Positions 26,156-35,690 of a DNA stretch of 64,000 bases are shown here, piece by piece. The stretch covers positions 6,032 through 70,031 of the forward strand of contig JBAZZU010000009.1 in assembly GCA_041658605.1 (NCBI GenBank), given 5' to 3'. Positions within the stretch are counted from its first letter, which is position 1; each line of letters opens with the position of its first letter. The translations under genes were made by a program, and so were the position numbers. Source of the stretch: Thermoleophilia bacterium. Lineage in GTDB: Bacteria > Actinomycetota > Thermoleophilia > BMS3ABIN01. The notes under the pieces are model-generated. The model was given only the letters and a program-made list of their open reading frames with translations, did not search any database and was not told where the DNA came from.

Positions 26156-28171
26156 ATGCCTCGTCGGCGTAAAAACATCAGACGCAGAAAAGGGCGCAGG
26201 CGCTCAGTTTTCCTGGTTGGGCTTGGGATCATCGCTCTCAGCCTGATCTTCGCGCTCCTTGTTGGAATCGAGGCCGGCATGGCACTGATCAACGATCTTC
26301 CCAAGCTGGAAGAGGAGAACTTCACATCACTGGGCCAGACTTCGCGGATCTACGCGGCCGATGGCTCGCTGCTGGCGGAAATCTATGGCACGGAGAACCG
26401 CACCCTTGTTCCGCTTGCTTCAATCCCCCCTTATCTGCAGCAGGCCACAATCGCCATCGAGGACGAACGATATTACGAGCATGACGGCGTCGATTACGAG
26501 GCCATCGGCAGGGCGGCGGTAACGGATGTCAGCCAGGGGCGGCTGGCTGAGGGCGGAAGTACCATAACCCAGCAGTTAGTCAAAAAAGTCTATGTGACCG
26601 ATGAGCGCAGCTTTACCCGCAAGTTCGTTGAAGCGGTGCTGGCAACCCAGCTGGAGCGTATCGCCAGCAAGGAGACGATTCTCGAAAGATACCTGAATAC
26701 TATTTACTATGGAGAGAACGCCTACGGCGTGGAGACTGCGGCCCAGACCTATTTCGGCAAGAGCGTGACCCAGCTGGACCTCTCAGAGTGCGCCCTGCTG
26801 GCCGGCCTGCCGCAGGCGCCATCGGCATTCTCACCCAGAAATGACATGGCGGCCGCGACTGAACGGCGCAACACGGTACTGCAGAAGATGGCCGACCTCG
26901 GCTATGTCAACCAGGCGGCGGCCCACGGAGCAGCCTCACTGCCGGTCACGCTGAACATGGGAAGCGGCGCCGTCAACGAGCCGTATTTCGTCGAATATGT
27001 CAAAAAACAGATGATTGACAAGTACGGGGCAAAAAAGGTCTTCGAGGGAGGCCTTCGCATTTATACGACAATCGAGCCGGGCCTGCAGGCCGCCGGTCTC
27101 GAGGCTATCAAGAATACGCTCAACGAAACGGGAGATCCGTCGGCGGCGCTGGTTTCCATCGATCCCGCCAACGGCTATATCAAGGCCATGGTCAGCAGCC
27201 AGGATTTCAACAATTACCAGTTCGATCTGGCCGTTCAGGCCAGGCGTCAGCCAGGCTCGTGCTTCAAGCCGTTCGTGCTCACGGCTGCGGTGGAGCAGGG
27301 AGCCGACCCCAAAAAGACTTATTACATGTCAAAAGAAATAGATATCCCGATGGCAGGCGGGGGGCCGCCGTGGCACGTCGCAACCTATGATTTCAAATAC
27401 TTTGGCGCGTCCAGCCTGGAGCAGGGAATGCTGCGATCAGACAACACGGTCTACGCCCAGCTGGTCATGGACGTCGGGCCTGACAAGGCCAGGGACGCCG
27501 CCGAGCGGCTGGGGATCAAAAGTCCGATGACCGCTAACCCTTCCATCGCGCTGGGAGGGCTGGGGCAGGGTGTTTCACCGCTGGAGATGTCATCCGCATA
27601 CGCGACTCTGGCGGCAAACGGCATGTATGCGGAGCCCATAGCCATTACCAGGGTTGATATGCCGGACGGCAAAGTGGACTACCAGGCGAATCCGCAACCA
27701 AAAAAAGTAATCAAGGACTGGGTAGCGTATGAGGTCACCAAGGTCCTCAAGGCGGATGTCGAAAAAGGCACGTCCGTAAAAGCGAACATCGACCGGCCGG
27801 CGGCGGGCAAGACAGGGTCGACCGAGAATCTCCAGGACGCCTGGTTTGTCGGATACACCCCCGAATATGCAACGTCTGTCTGGATCGGCTACCCGGACGA
27901 ACAGCTGCCCATGACCGACGTACATGGTGGGAGTGTCTGGGGCGGCGGTTTTCCGGCGACCATCTGGAGAGATTACATGAAGGAAGCGACAAAAAACCTG
28001 CCCGTGAAGGATTTTGCCCTGCCCAAGGAGAAGCCCGAATTCAAGAAACTCGCCGGCAAGTACGTCATGTACTCCGGCGGAGATGCGCCGACAACGCGCG
28101 ACGATGCCTACGGCAACACCGGCCGTACGACAGCTAATGGTGCAGGCAACGGTACGGAAACGAGCGACTAA
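26156..28171 (+). CDS. Class A penicillin-binding protein (transglycosylase + transpeptidase; PBP1A-like)
   Basis: N-terminal TM anchor. Glycosyltransferase-51 motifs (EDERYYEH, GGSTITQQLVK). Transpeptidase motifs SCFKP (SxxK), SxN, KTGS (KTG). Confidence 0.85.
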   Translation: MPRRRKNIRRRKGRRRSVFLVGLGIIALSLIFALLVGIEAGMALINDLPKLEEENFTSLGQTSRIYAADGSLLAEIYGTENRTLVPLASIPPYLQQATIAIEDERYYEHDGVDYEAIGRAAVTDVSQGRLAEGGSTITQQLVKKVYVTDERSFTRKFVEAVLATQLERIASKETILERYLNTIYYGENAYGVETAAQTYFGKSVTQLDLSECALLAGLPQAPSAFSPRNDMAAATERRNTVLQKMADLGYVNQAAAHGAASLPVTLNMGSGAVNEPYFVEYVKKQMIDKYGAKKVFEGGLRIYTTIEPGLQAAGLEAIKNTLNETGDPSAALVSIDPANGYIKAMVSSQDFNNYQFDLAVQARRQPGSCFKPFVLTAAVEQGADPKKTYYMSKEIDIPMAGGGPPWHVATYDFKYFGASSLEQGMLRSDNTVYAQLVMDVGPDKARDAAERLGIKSPMTANPSIALGGLGQGVSPLEMSSAYATLAANGMYAEPIAITRVDMPDGKVDYQANPQPKKVIKDWVAYEVTKVLKADVEKGTSVKANIDRPAAGKTGSTENLQDAWFVGYTPEYATSVWIGYPDEQLPMTDVHGGSVWGGGFPATIWRDYMKEATKNLPVKDFALPKEKPEFKKLAGKYVMYSGGDAPTTRDDAYGNTGRTTANGAGNGTETSD

Positions 28172-28238
28172 CCGCAACCCGGCTGGAATTTCACAGGCGC
28201 TGAGCGGTATTCAGGGTGAAAGCGGGATTAATCCACGG

Positions 28239-28583
28239 TTAGAACGATGCGGGATGGTCGCTGACGAACCTCAGCAGGTCCTGATTTCCTACCAGCACGA
28301 GGAAAAGATCGACGGTCAGAGGAGCGAACACCAGTGCCTGGCCGGGCAGCTCGAGCGTCATCCTGGGAAGATCCGTGCCCAGTTCACAGGCAAGGCTGGC
28401 GGCTGAAGACATGGCGGAGGCCGTATGGGCGGCGATGGCCTCCAGATTGCTGTTATCTCCGGTCGAAGCGACCAGCAGCCCGTCAGCCGAGACGAGCGCC
28501 GCCGCCGCGATTCCTTCGATGTCCATGTACGGCGTCAGCACGTTATCCAGAGCGCGCGACGCTGTTCTTCCGCTATCCGTCAT
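28239..28583 (-). CDS. Roadblock/LC7 domain protein (MglB-like)
   Basis: About 114 aa with the alpha-beta roadblock pattern (IEGIAAAALVSADGLLVAS). Immediately downstream of parB. Confidence 0.55.
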   Translation of the reverse strand: MTDSGRTASRALDNVLTPYMDIEGIAAAALVSADGLLVASTGDNSNLEAIAAHTASAMSSAASLACELGTDLPRMTLELPGQALVFAPLTVDLFLVLVGNQDLLRFVSDHPASF

Positions 28584-29482
28584 CGTTCCTTCTCCAGGAC
28601 TTCTATCAGCTTGTCAAGATCATCCGCGTTTGAGAATTCCATTTCGATTCTTCCTCCCTTCCCGGTCCATCTGACCTTGACCGGGAGACGGAAAGCTGAA
28701 TAAAGAGCGTCAGTCGTCTCGTCCATCAACTCCTGACCTACCGGGAAATTCTGGGGCTCTTTCAATTTGCTCCGGGGAGCATCCTCCTTTTTCGACAGCT
28801 CCTCGGCCTGCCTGACCGACAGTCCTCCCTTGACGATCCTGCGCGCAAGCTTTCGCTGTCGCGTCCTGTCGGAAACGGAAAGCAGGGCGCGACCATGTCC
28901 CTCGGTCAATTTAGCCTGCTCGATCAATTGCTGAACATCATCGGGAAGGTCGAGCAGCCTGATGGTGTTGGCTACGGCTGAGCGGCTGCGGCCCAGTTTA
29001 TTGGACAGCATTTCCTGGGTGATACCGTAATCTTCCTGAAGGTTGGCGTAAGCCCTGGCCGTGTCGATCGGGTTGAGGTCCTCACGGCTGATGTTTTCGA
29101 TAAGCGCGAGCTCGAGGGACTCCGCGTCCCCGGCTTCCCGGATCAGAGCGGGCACTGTCTCAAGACCGGCGATCCGCGCCGCGCGCCAGCGTCTTTCTCC
29201 GGCCACGAGCTCGTAACCGTCTCCCCGCTTGCGAACAACCACCGGCTGGACCAGGCCGACGGCGCGGATCGACTCCGCAAGCTCCTCGAGCGCGTCATCG
29301 TCGAAGATCGTACGGGGCTGATGCGGGTTGCCGGTAATTTGACTTAAAGATAATACGTGATACGGTGACTCATGCCCGGGCGAAACAGGTGCTTGACCTA
29401 CAGTATCATCCTTGTTTGTACTTATCAGCGCGGACAGGCCTCGGCCGAGGCCCTTGCTCGCCGGTTTCTTTTCGTTATTCAC
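28580..29482 (-). CDS. parB: Chromosome partitioning protein ParB/Spo0J
   Basis: GLGRGLSALI box, HTH region, ParB/Sulfiredoxin fold motifs. GTG start at 29482 preceded by GGAGGTGG. Overlaps parA stop. Confidence 0.8.
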   Translation of the reverse strand: MNNEKKPASKGLGRGLSALISTNKDDTVGQAPVSPGHESPYHVLSLSQITGNPHQPRTIFDDDALEELAESIRAVGLVQPVVVRKRGDGYELVAGERRWRAARIAGLETVPALIREAGDAESLELALIENISREDLNPIDTARAYANLQEDYGITQEMLSNKLGRSRSAVANTIRLLDLPDDVQQLIEQAKLTEGHGRALLSVSDRTRQRKLARRIVKGGLSVRQAEELSKKEDAPRSKLKEPQNFPVGQELMDETTDALYSAFRLPVKVRWTGKGGRIEMEFSNADDLDKLIEVLEKER

Positions 29483-30263
29483 GTTCGACCACCTCCGTAG
29501 CCAGATCAAAGTAGGCGTCAGAGCCCGCGCAGGTAGGGTCGTAACGCGAAATCGGTTTACCAAAACTCGGCGCTTCGCTCAACCTGATGTTGCGAGGTAT
29601 CACGGTCCTGTAGGTAAGCTCGGGGAAATGGGAGCGCACCTCATCGACGACCTGGGTGGAAAGTCTGGTGCGCGAGTCGAACATGGTCATCAGCAGGCCG
29701 GCTATCTGCAGCCCGGGGTTCAGTCCCTGGCGTACAAGCTCGACGGTCTGCAGCAGCTGGCCGAGTCCTTCCAGGGCGTAATATTCACATTGGACCGGTA
29801 TTATGAGCTTATCAGCAGCGACAAGCGCGTTAAGTGTTATGAGCCCCAGCGAAGGCGGGCAGTCAACAAAAATGTAGTCAAAATTGCCCCTGACTGTTGC
29901 CAGTGCGTCCGCGAGCACGAACTCCCGGCGCTCGCGTCCGGGCAATTCGACTTCGGCGCCGGCAAGGTCAGGAGTGGACGGGACGAGAACCAGCTGGTCG
30001 ACCTGGGTGGGCAGAATAGCCGAGTCAATTGACGCCCCATTGGTAAAGACATCGTAAATAGTGCTGTTACCAGCATAATCGTGTATTCCAAGACCATGGG
30101 TGGCATTGCATTGGGGGTCAGAATCAACAAGAAGGACCGCCGCGCCAGCCTCAGCCAGGCACACGGCAGTGTTTACACAGGTGGTAGTCTTGCCGACGCC
30201 GCCCTTCTGATTTGCGATGGCGTAGATCTTGCTTAATCCGGATCTTGCGTTTAAATCCTGCAT
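29475..30263 (-). CDS. parA: ParA/Soj chromosome partitioning ATPase
   Basis: Deviant Walker A KGGVGKTT, about 262 aa. Confidence 0.85.
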   Translation of the reverse strand: MQDLNARSGLSKIYAIANQKGGVGKTTTCVNTAVCLAEAGAAVLLVDSDPQCNATHGLGIHDYAGNSTIYDVFTNGASIDSAILPTQVDQLVLVPSTPDLAGAEVELPGRERREFVLADALATVRGNFDYIFVDCPPSLGLITLNALVAADKLIIPVQCEYYALEGLGQLLQTVELVRQGLNPGLQIAGLLMTMFDSRTRLSTQVVDEVRSHFPELTYRTVIPRNIRLSEAPSFGKPISRYDPTCAGSDAYFDLATEVVERE

Positions 30264-30295
30264 AAAGGCAGTCTATCAGAAGCACCGGACGGTGA

Positions 30296-31000
30296 CTAGA
30301 AATCGCCGAGCGGCCTTTTTCTGGCTACGCCTGGCCTGCGCGGAAAGCGTTCCGGCGTGGGTGAAGTTTTGGAAAAAACCCAGATATGGAGGTTCTTTGC
30401 GTCGGAATAGGGCTTTACAGACCCGATGCGGACCAGGGTTCCCCCAAGGAGCTCAGCCACCTGACAAGCCTGTTTTTCATCACCGGGGCTGCGGTCTCCA
30501 CGCTGCAGCAGCGCCGAACCGCCTGTTTTCAGTAACGGAAAACAATACTCCAGAACCTCCGCTATCGAACCGACGGCTCGCGCAAAGGCAATATCGAAAG
30601 TAGCTCTCATTTCTGATCGGCCCGCGTCTTCGGCCCGCGAGGCAAGGACAAAGGCGTTGTCGAGCCCAAGTTTCATTACTGTTTTCTCAATAAACTCGCA
30701 TTTCTTTCGCCTGGCCTCAATCATGGTGACGTTCAGGGATGGGACCGCGATTGCGAGCGGCAACCCCGGAAAGCCGGCGCCGCTGCCGATGTCGACCGCA
30801 GATTCAGCCGACTTCGTCTCTGGGAAATCGGCAAGGCCGAGACTGTCGCGAAAATGTATCGCTACTATATTTGCCGGCTCTGTGACCGCGGTGAGGTTTC
30901 TGTCAGACTGCTCTGTAAGCAAATCAAGCAGTTTCTCAAATGAGGCGATCTGCGAAGCGTCAAGGTGGAAATCGGATCCCAGGGAGGATTGCCAGGTCAT
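30296..31000 (-). CDS. rsmG: 16S rRNA (guanine527-N7)-methyltransferase RsmG (GidB)
   Basis: SAM-MTase motif [15 protein letters not shown] and conserved position after mnmG. Confidence 0.8.
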   Translation of the reverse strand: MTWQSSLGSDFHLDASQIASFEKLLDLLTEQSDRNLTAVTEPANIVAIHFRDSLGLADFPETKSAESAVDIGSGAGFPGLPLAIAVPSLNVTMIEARRKKCEFIEKTVMKLGLDNAFVLASRAEDAGRSEMRATFDIAFARAVGSIAEVLEYCFPLLKTGGSALLQRGDRSPGDEKQACQVAELLGGTLVRIGSVKPYSDAKNLHIWVFSKTSPTPERFPRRPGVARKRPLGDF

Positions 31001-32889
31001 CGTCCCGCCGCCTTTATATAAAGGGAAAGCACGGAAATGTCAGATGGAGAAATACCCGCTATACGCGACGCCTGGCCCAGGGAGGCAGGCCGCATTCGCG
31101 CCAGCTTCTCCAGCGCCTCGTTAGCGATTCCTTTCAGATCGTTAAAAAGGAAATCCTCGGGAATCATCATTTCTTCCAGGTAACGCCTTCTATCAATATC
31201 TCGCAATTGGCGGACGATATATCCGGCGTATTTTGTTTCTATCTCTGCCCTCAGGACCGTATCCGCTGAAAAGCGGGAAATATCATGTGGAAGTAGTGGC
31301 AGCAGGTCATTGATGCCGATTTCAGGCCGTCGGAGTAGCTGAGAGACCGCCTGTGCTTCAGAAACCGGTGAACTATCCAGTCCCGCGAGCACGGAATTGG
31401 TCCTGTCATCTGGTTGAAGACGGGTTGAATCGAGCAGTTCCAGCAGCAGTTTGAGGTCGGTTTGTGATGCTCTTATCGATTCCATGTGGGCATCCGGGAC
31501 TAGACCCAGAGAATTACCGGCAGGGCTGAGGCGGGCGTGGGCATTGTCATGTCTGAGCAGCAGCCGGTATTCCGCTCTTGATGTGAACATGCGATAGGGC
31601 TCATCGACACCCTTTGTCACAAGGTCATCGATAAGAACACCAATATAGGCTTCATTCCTTCCGAGGACCAGGGGCTCGTCGTTTCTGGAACTCAGCGCGG
31701 CGTTGATTCCAGCCATTAGTCCCTGCGCGGCGGCTTCTTCGTAACCACTGGTTCCATTTATCTGCCCCGCGAGGAAAAGGCCGGAAATAGCTTTGGTTTC
31801 GAGTGAAAGCTTAAGCTGGCTTGGGATTACGTAATCGTATTCGACCGCATAACCGGGACGCATAATGCGGGCTGTTTCCAGGCCGGGGGTCGCCTTGATG
31901 ACCTTCTCCTGAACCCAGACGGGCAGACTGGTCGTAAGGCCCTGAAGGTAAAGCTCCTTTGTGCGGCGACCTTCAGGCTCGATGAAGATAGGGTGCCTGG
32001 GGCGATCCGGGAAGTTCATGACCTTGCGGTCAATCGATGGGCAATACCTCGGGCCCTTTCCGCTGATAGAGCCGGTTTTGATCGGTGACAAATGGAGGTA
32101 TTTTCTGATCACCTCGTGGGTATTCTCATTGGTGTATGTCAGGTAACAGGGGATCTGTCCGGTGGAATCGGCTTCTGAAAAGGGTGAAAAGGTCTGAATG
32201 TCCTCATCTCCGGGTTCCTGCTTGAGGCTTGATAGGTCTATCGACCGCGCGTCAATCCGGGGCGGAGTCGCGGACTGGAAACGCCCTAGTTCGATTCCAT
32301 TCGCTGAAAGGCTCGTAGAAAGTCCGATTGCCGGTGGTTCTCCCATACGGCCGGCGGGGAAACGCATTTCGCCTACGACTATCTTTCCATTAAGAAAGGT
32401 CCCGCAGGCAAGAACGACAGAGCGGCACTGGATACTGCTCCCATCTGTCAGCTCGATACCCCTCAATGTTTCACGTGAAACATTGAGGCCTGCCACCTGC
32501 CCTTCGAGGATCCTCAGGTTCGGTTCTGAGGCGAGTGCCCGCTTCATATTGTCTTCATAGACCTTTTTGTCTGCCTGGGCGCGAAGCGCCCTGACAGCGG
32601 GGCCTTTGCTCGTGTTGAGCATTTTCATCTGTATGAAAGAACGGTCGGTGTTGCGGCCCTGCTCACCGCCGAGCGCATCTATCTCGCGAGTGAGTTGTCC
32701 TTTCCCAACCCCGCCAATCGCGGGGTTGCACGGCATCAGGGCTATCTTTTCAAGGCTTAGAGTCAACAGGAGGGCAGAGCACCCCATTCGCGCGGCCGCC
32801 AGGGCCGCCTCGCAACCAGCATGCCCGCCGCCAACGATGATCACATCGATTGAGCCAAGGCTATTTTTAGATTCGTCACTCTGATTCAT
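30997..32889 (-). CDS. mnmG: tRNA uridine 5-carboxymethylaminomethyl modification enzyme MnmG (GidA)
   Basis: FAD-binding [11 protein letters not shown]-terminus, about 630 aa, full-length GidA architecture. Confidence 0.9.
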   Translation of the reverse strand: MNQSDESKNSLGSIDVIIVGGGHAGCEAALAAARMGCSALLLTLSLEKIALMPCNPAIGGVGKGQLTREIDALGGEQGRNTDRSFIQMKMLNTSKGPAVRALRAQADKKVYEDNMKRALASEPNLRILEGQVAGLNVSRETLRGIELTDGSSIQCRSVVLACGTFLNGKIVVGEMRFPAGRMGEPPAIGLSTSLSANGIELGRFQSATPPRIDARSIDLSSLKQEPGDEDIQTFSPFSEADSTGQIPCYLTYTNENTHEVIRKYLHLSPIKTGSISGKGPRYCPSIDRKVMNFPDRPRHPIFIEPEGRRTKELYLQGLTTSLPVWVQEKVIKATPGLETARIMRPGYAVEYDYVIPSQLKLSLETKAISGLFLAGQINGTSGYEEAAAQGLMAGINAALSSRNDEPLVLGRNEAYIGVLIDDLVTKGVDEPYRMFTSRAEYRLLLRHDNAHARLSPAGNSLGLVPDAHMESIRASQTDLKLLLELLDSTRLQPDDRTNSVLAGLDSSPVSEAQAVSQLLRRPEIGINDLLPLLPHDISRFSADTVLRAEIETKYAGYIVRQLRDIDRRRYLEEMMIPEDFLFNDLKGIANEALEKLARMRPASLGQASRIAGISPSDISVLSLYIKAAGR

Positions 32890-32913
32890 TGCTGCTGTTC
32901 CTGATTTATTTTT

Positions 32914-33990
32914 TTAGCAACCTGGATCATCTGTCCTGACAGTTACAGGTCGCGATTTCTGATCGGTGATCCGCTGGCAGAGTTTCTTAACAAATTTAGT
33001 ATCAGTTATCAAAACACCGGGGTCATGCCCGCTCTGTCGCGCGGCTGCTCCCCTGCCGGCCAGCAGGCCAAGAGTCGCCGCCTCGAGATAGTTACAGCTG
33101 CCTGCAGCGCGCCCAGCAATAAAAAGGCCCGGATTTGCCCGCGACTCCAGGTTCGCGTCTACCTGGTCAGCGGCAAGCACATGGTGGTAGACGGAATAGG
33201 AGGGCCGTGTGATCCAGGCGTCCGAAAGCCCCGCATGTTCTCGCAGCAGTCGCAGCTGGTTTTCGCGGTTGCCTCGCGACTCCAAACCATAGCCAAGTAT
33301 CTCACCAAGCTGCCGGCCATCCAGGAGGAGGCGAAGGCCGTTACTTGACCAGTAATCATTATTTTGGTCTATAGTGCGGCAGTCCAGATCGGGCATTGTG
33401 CCCGCCCATACCTCGATCATCTGTAATCCCGCTATTTGCAGGCAATTTGTCAGCGCGTTGGCGGGTATTTCACCGATTCGCCCACCGGGAACGACCGCTC
33501 CTCCATCGTCGACTCTGGCCTTAAGGAATGTGCCAGCCGTGATGACGACGGCCGCGGCGGAAAAACGTTCCCCCAGTTTTGTGCCGACCATCCAGCCATC
33601 CGCGGAAGGCTCCAGCGAAGTTACCAGCGCCTGCCTTGATTCCAGGCCAGCCTCATTTTCCAGCATCTCCTTGTAGGCCAGCCCGAGCAGGCGCCTGTCG
33701 ACAGATAGCCTCCCTTCCGGCTCGCTGTCTATGACAACCCCGTCCAGGGCGAGCGCATCCGGGAGCCTGCCGCCCAGTGCGGACATTTCCTTAAACAGCG
33801 AAACGCGAGGATCGCCCGGTCCATCGATCAGAGAGGGAGTCGCCGGCGGATAGCCGGCCATGTCGAGATTAATGGTGAGGCAAAGGGTGTGCGCTCCAGC
33901 CCCGGCGGCGGCCATGGATGCTTCACAACCAGCCGGCCCGGCGCCAATAACAATCACATCGTATGCAGGAATGTCGATCGCGTCATTCAC
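32914..33990 (-). CDS. Short MnmG/GidA-family FAD-binding paralog (N-terminal domain only)
   Basis: VIVIGAGPAGCEAS FAD-binding motif and a GidA-like N-terminal domain, but only about 358 aa and lacking the C-terminal tRNA/MnmE-interaction domain. Confidence 0.5.
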   Translation of the reverse strand: MNDAIDIPAYDVIVIGAGPAGCEASMAAAGAGAHTLCLTINLDMAGYPPATPSLIDGPGDPRVSLFKEMSALGGRLPDALALDGVVIDSEPEGRLSVDRRLLGLAYKEMLENEAGLESRQALVTSLEPSADGWMVGTKLGERFSAAAVVITAGTFLKARVDDGGAVVPGGRIGEIPANALTNCLQIAGLQMIEVWAGTMPDLDCRTIDQNNDYWSSNGLRLLLDGRQLGEILGYGLESRGNRENQLRLLREHAGLSDAWITRPSYSVYHHVLAADQVDANLESRANPGLFIAGRAAGSCNYLEAATLGLLAGRGAAARQSGHDPGVLITDTKFVKKLCQRITDQKSRPVTVRTDDPGC

Positions 33991-34007
33991 AAAAAAACCG
34001 CGGGCTC

Positions 34008-35390
34008 TTATTTGCCGATGCAGAATTCATGGAAGATCACGTCCAGGAGCTCCTCGACGAATTCCTCGCCCGTGATTTCGCCCAGTGACGCCAGAGCGTC
34101 GCGCAACTCCTCGGCGATGATCTCTTCTCCCAGCCCCACTCTGAGGCCCTGTCTTGCGAGAGCCAGCGATTCGGCTGCGCCCTCAAGAAGACCTCGATGG
34201 CGCTCGTGCGTGATTATCGGGCCCTCCAGTGGCGGCAACGTACCGCCGAGAACCTTCGAGGCGATTCTTTCCTTGAGGTCCTTCAGCCCCTGCCGGGTCA
34301 TGGCCGAGATGACAACAGGGCGTGAGGGAAGAAGTCCCTGGTTGAAGCTCGGGGTGCGCCCCCTGAACCTGTCGGCCTTGTTGATGACGTATATCGCTTT
34401 TTCGGCGGGGACGGAGGTTATCAGCGCCCGGTCGTGATCGTCTTCCCGCTCGCTGCCGTCAAATAAACAGAGAACAAGGTCCGCCTCGTTCACGGCGCGG
34501 CGGCTGCGTTCCATCCCTATCTGTTCGACCTCATCGTTCGAGGGTCTCAGGCCGGCCGTGTCGATTAGCTGCAGGGGGATGCCCTCAACGTTGATGATCT
34601 CTTCGATCGTGTCCCGCGTAGTGCCAGGCACTTCGGTGACTATGGCTCTTTCGCGCATCAACAGGGAGTTCAGCAGGCTCGATTTACCCACATTCGGCTT
34701 GCCGACGATCGCTGTTCGTACGCCCTCGCTGAGAACTCTTCCCACGAACGCCGAATCTATCAGCTCCCGGAGTCTGGTCTCGACCTGCTCAAGCCGCCCG
34801 TCGAGTTCAGCCCTGTCCAGTTCTTCCACATCCTCATCCGAAAAGTCGATCTGCGCCTCCGTGGACGCGAGCAGGACCAGCAGAGCGCGGCGGATCTCCC
34901 CGATCTCCTCTGAAAGAGTTCCCTCAAGCTGGGCGAGCGCGACCTTGAGCCCCGCCTCGGTCTTGGCGGATATTATCTGCGCGACGCTCTCCGCCTGGGC
35001 CAGGTCGATGCGTCCGTTCAGAAACGCGCGGCGGGTGAAATCCCCGGGGCGAGCCAGTTCGGCGCCATGTCTTAAAAAGAGCGAGAGTATATTACGCTGG
35101 GCGATCGGCCCGCCGTGGCAGTTGATCTCGACGATGTTCTCGCGCGTATATGTGCCGGGAGCCCGCATCACGCCTGCCAGCACTTCATCGATACGGACGC
35201 CGTTTTCAGGGTCGCCGATTATGCCGTAGTGGAGCGTGTGGGAGTCCGATTCGGATAACTTCCTGCCGCTGCGTGAACGGAAAACCCGGTCACAGATGGC
35301 AATCGATTCGGAACCGGTCATGCGCACGATGCCGATGGCGCCCGCACCGAGCGGCGTTGAAATGGCGGCTATTGTCGGAAAGTCATGCAC
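34008..35390 (-). CDS. mnmE: tRNA modification GTPase MnmE (TrmE)
   Basis: G-domain motifs GKPNVGKSS, DTAG. C-terminal CIGK motif. Confidence 0.9.
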   Translation of the reverse strand: MHDFPTIAAISTPLGAGAIGIVRMTGSESIAICDRVFRSRSGRKLSESDSHTLHYGIIGDPENGVRIDEVLAGVMRAPGTYTRENIVEINCHGGPIAQRNILSLFLRHGAELARPGDFTRRAFLNGRIDLAQAESVAQIISAKTEAGLKVALAQLEGTLSEEIGEIRRALLVLLASTEAQIDFSDEDVEELDRAELDGRLEQVETRLRELIDSAFVGRVLSEGVRTAIVGKPNVGKSSLLNSLLMRERAIVTEVPGTTRDTIEEIINVEGIPLQLIDTAGLRPSNDEVEQIGMERSRRAVNEADLVLCLFDGSEREDDHDRALITSVPAEKAIYVINKADRFRGRTPSFNQGLLPSRPVVISAMTRQGLKDLKERIASKVLGGTLPPLEGPIITHERHRGLLEGAAESLALARQGLRVGLGEEIIAEELRDALASLGEITGEEFVEELLDVIFHEFCIGK

Positions 35391-35690
35391 GAAGCGTATT
35401 ATATCAGCGCAGGCCGGTCGCCTGATGCCGGGAGCTGAGCATCGGACATTCGCGCGCGCGAAAGCTGCTGTGTCCCGAAAGGTTGGCCGGGCCGCGTTTT
35501 TTAAAGTAAATTATCCTGATCCGAAGACAGGGCGGGGATGGCCTCCGTCCGCACGGCCTGATCAAAGCCGGCGGGCGCCGTGGATATACGCGGCCCGCAA
35601 GCGTTGCATCCCGGTCCCGGAAACGATTAACAACTCAGGTAATAGGTTAATATACCCATTACGATTCACGGCTCCCAAGGGGGAATCATT

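Noticed and set aside
27590-28177. 195-aa minus-strand ORF and 27747..27992 81-aa ORF
   Set aside because: Both lie inside the PBP1A gene on the opposite strand. Shadow ORFs.
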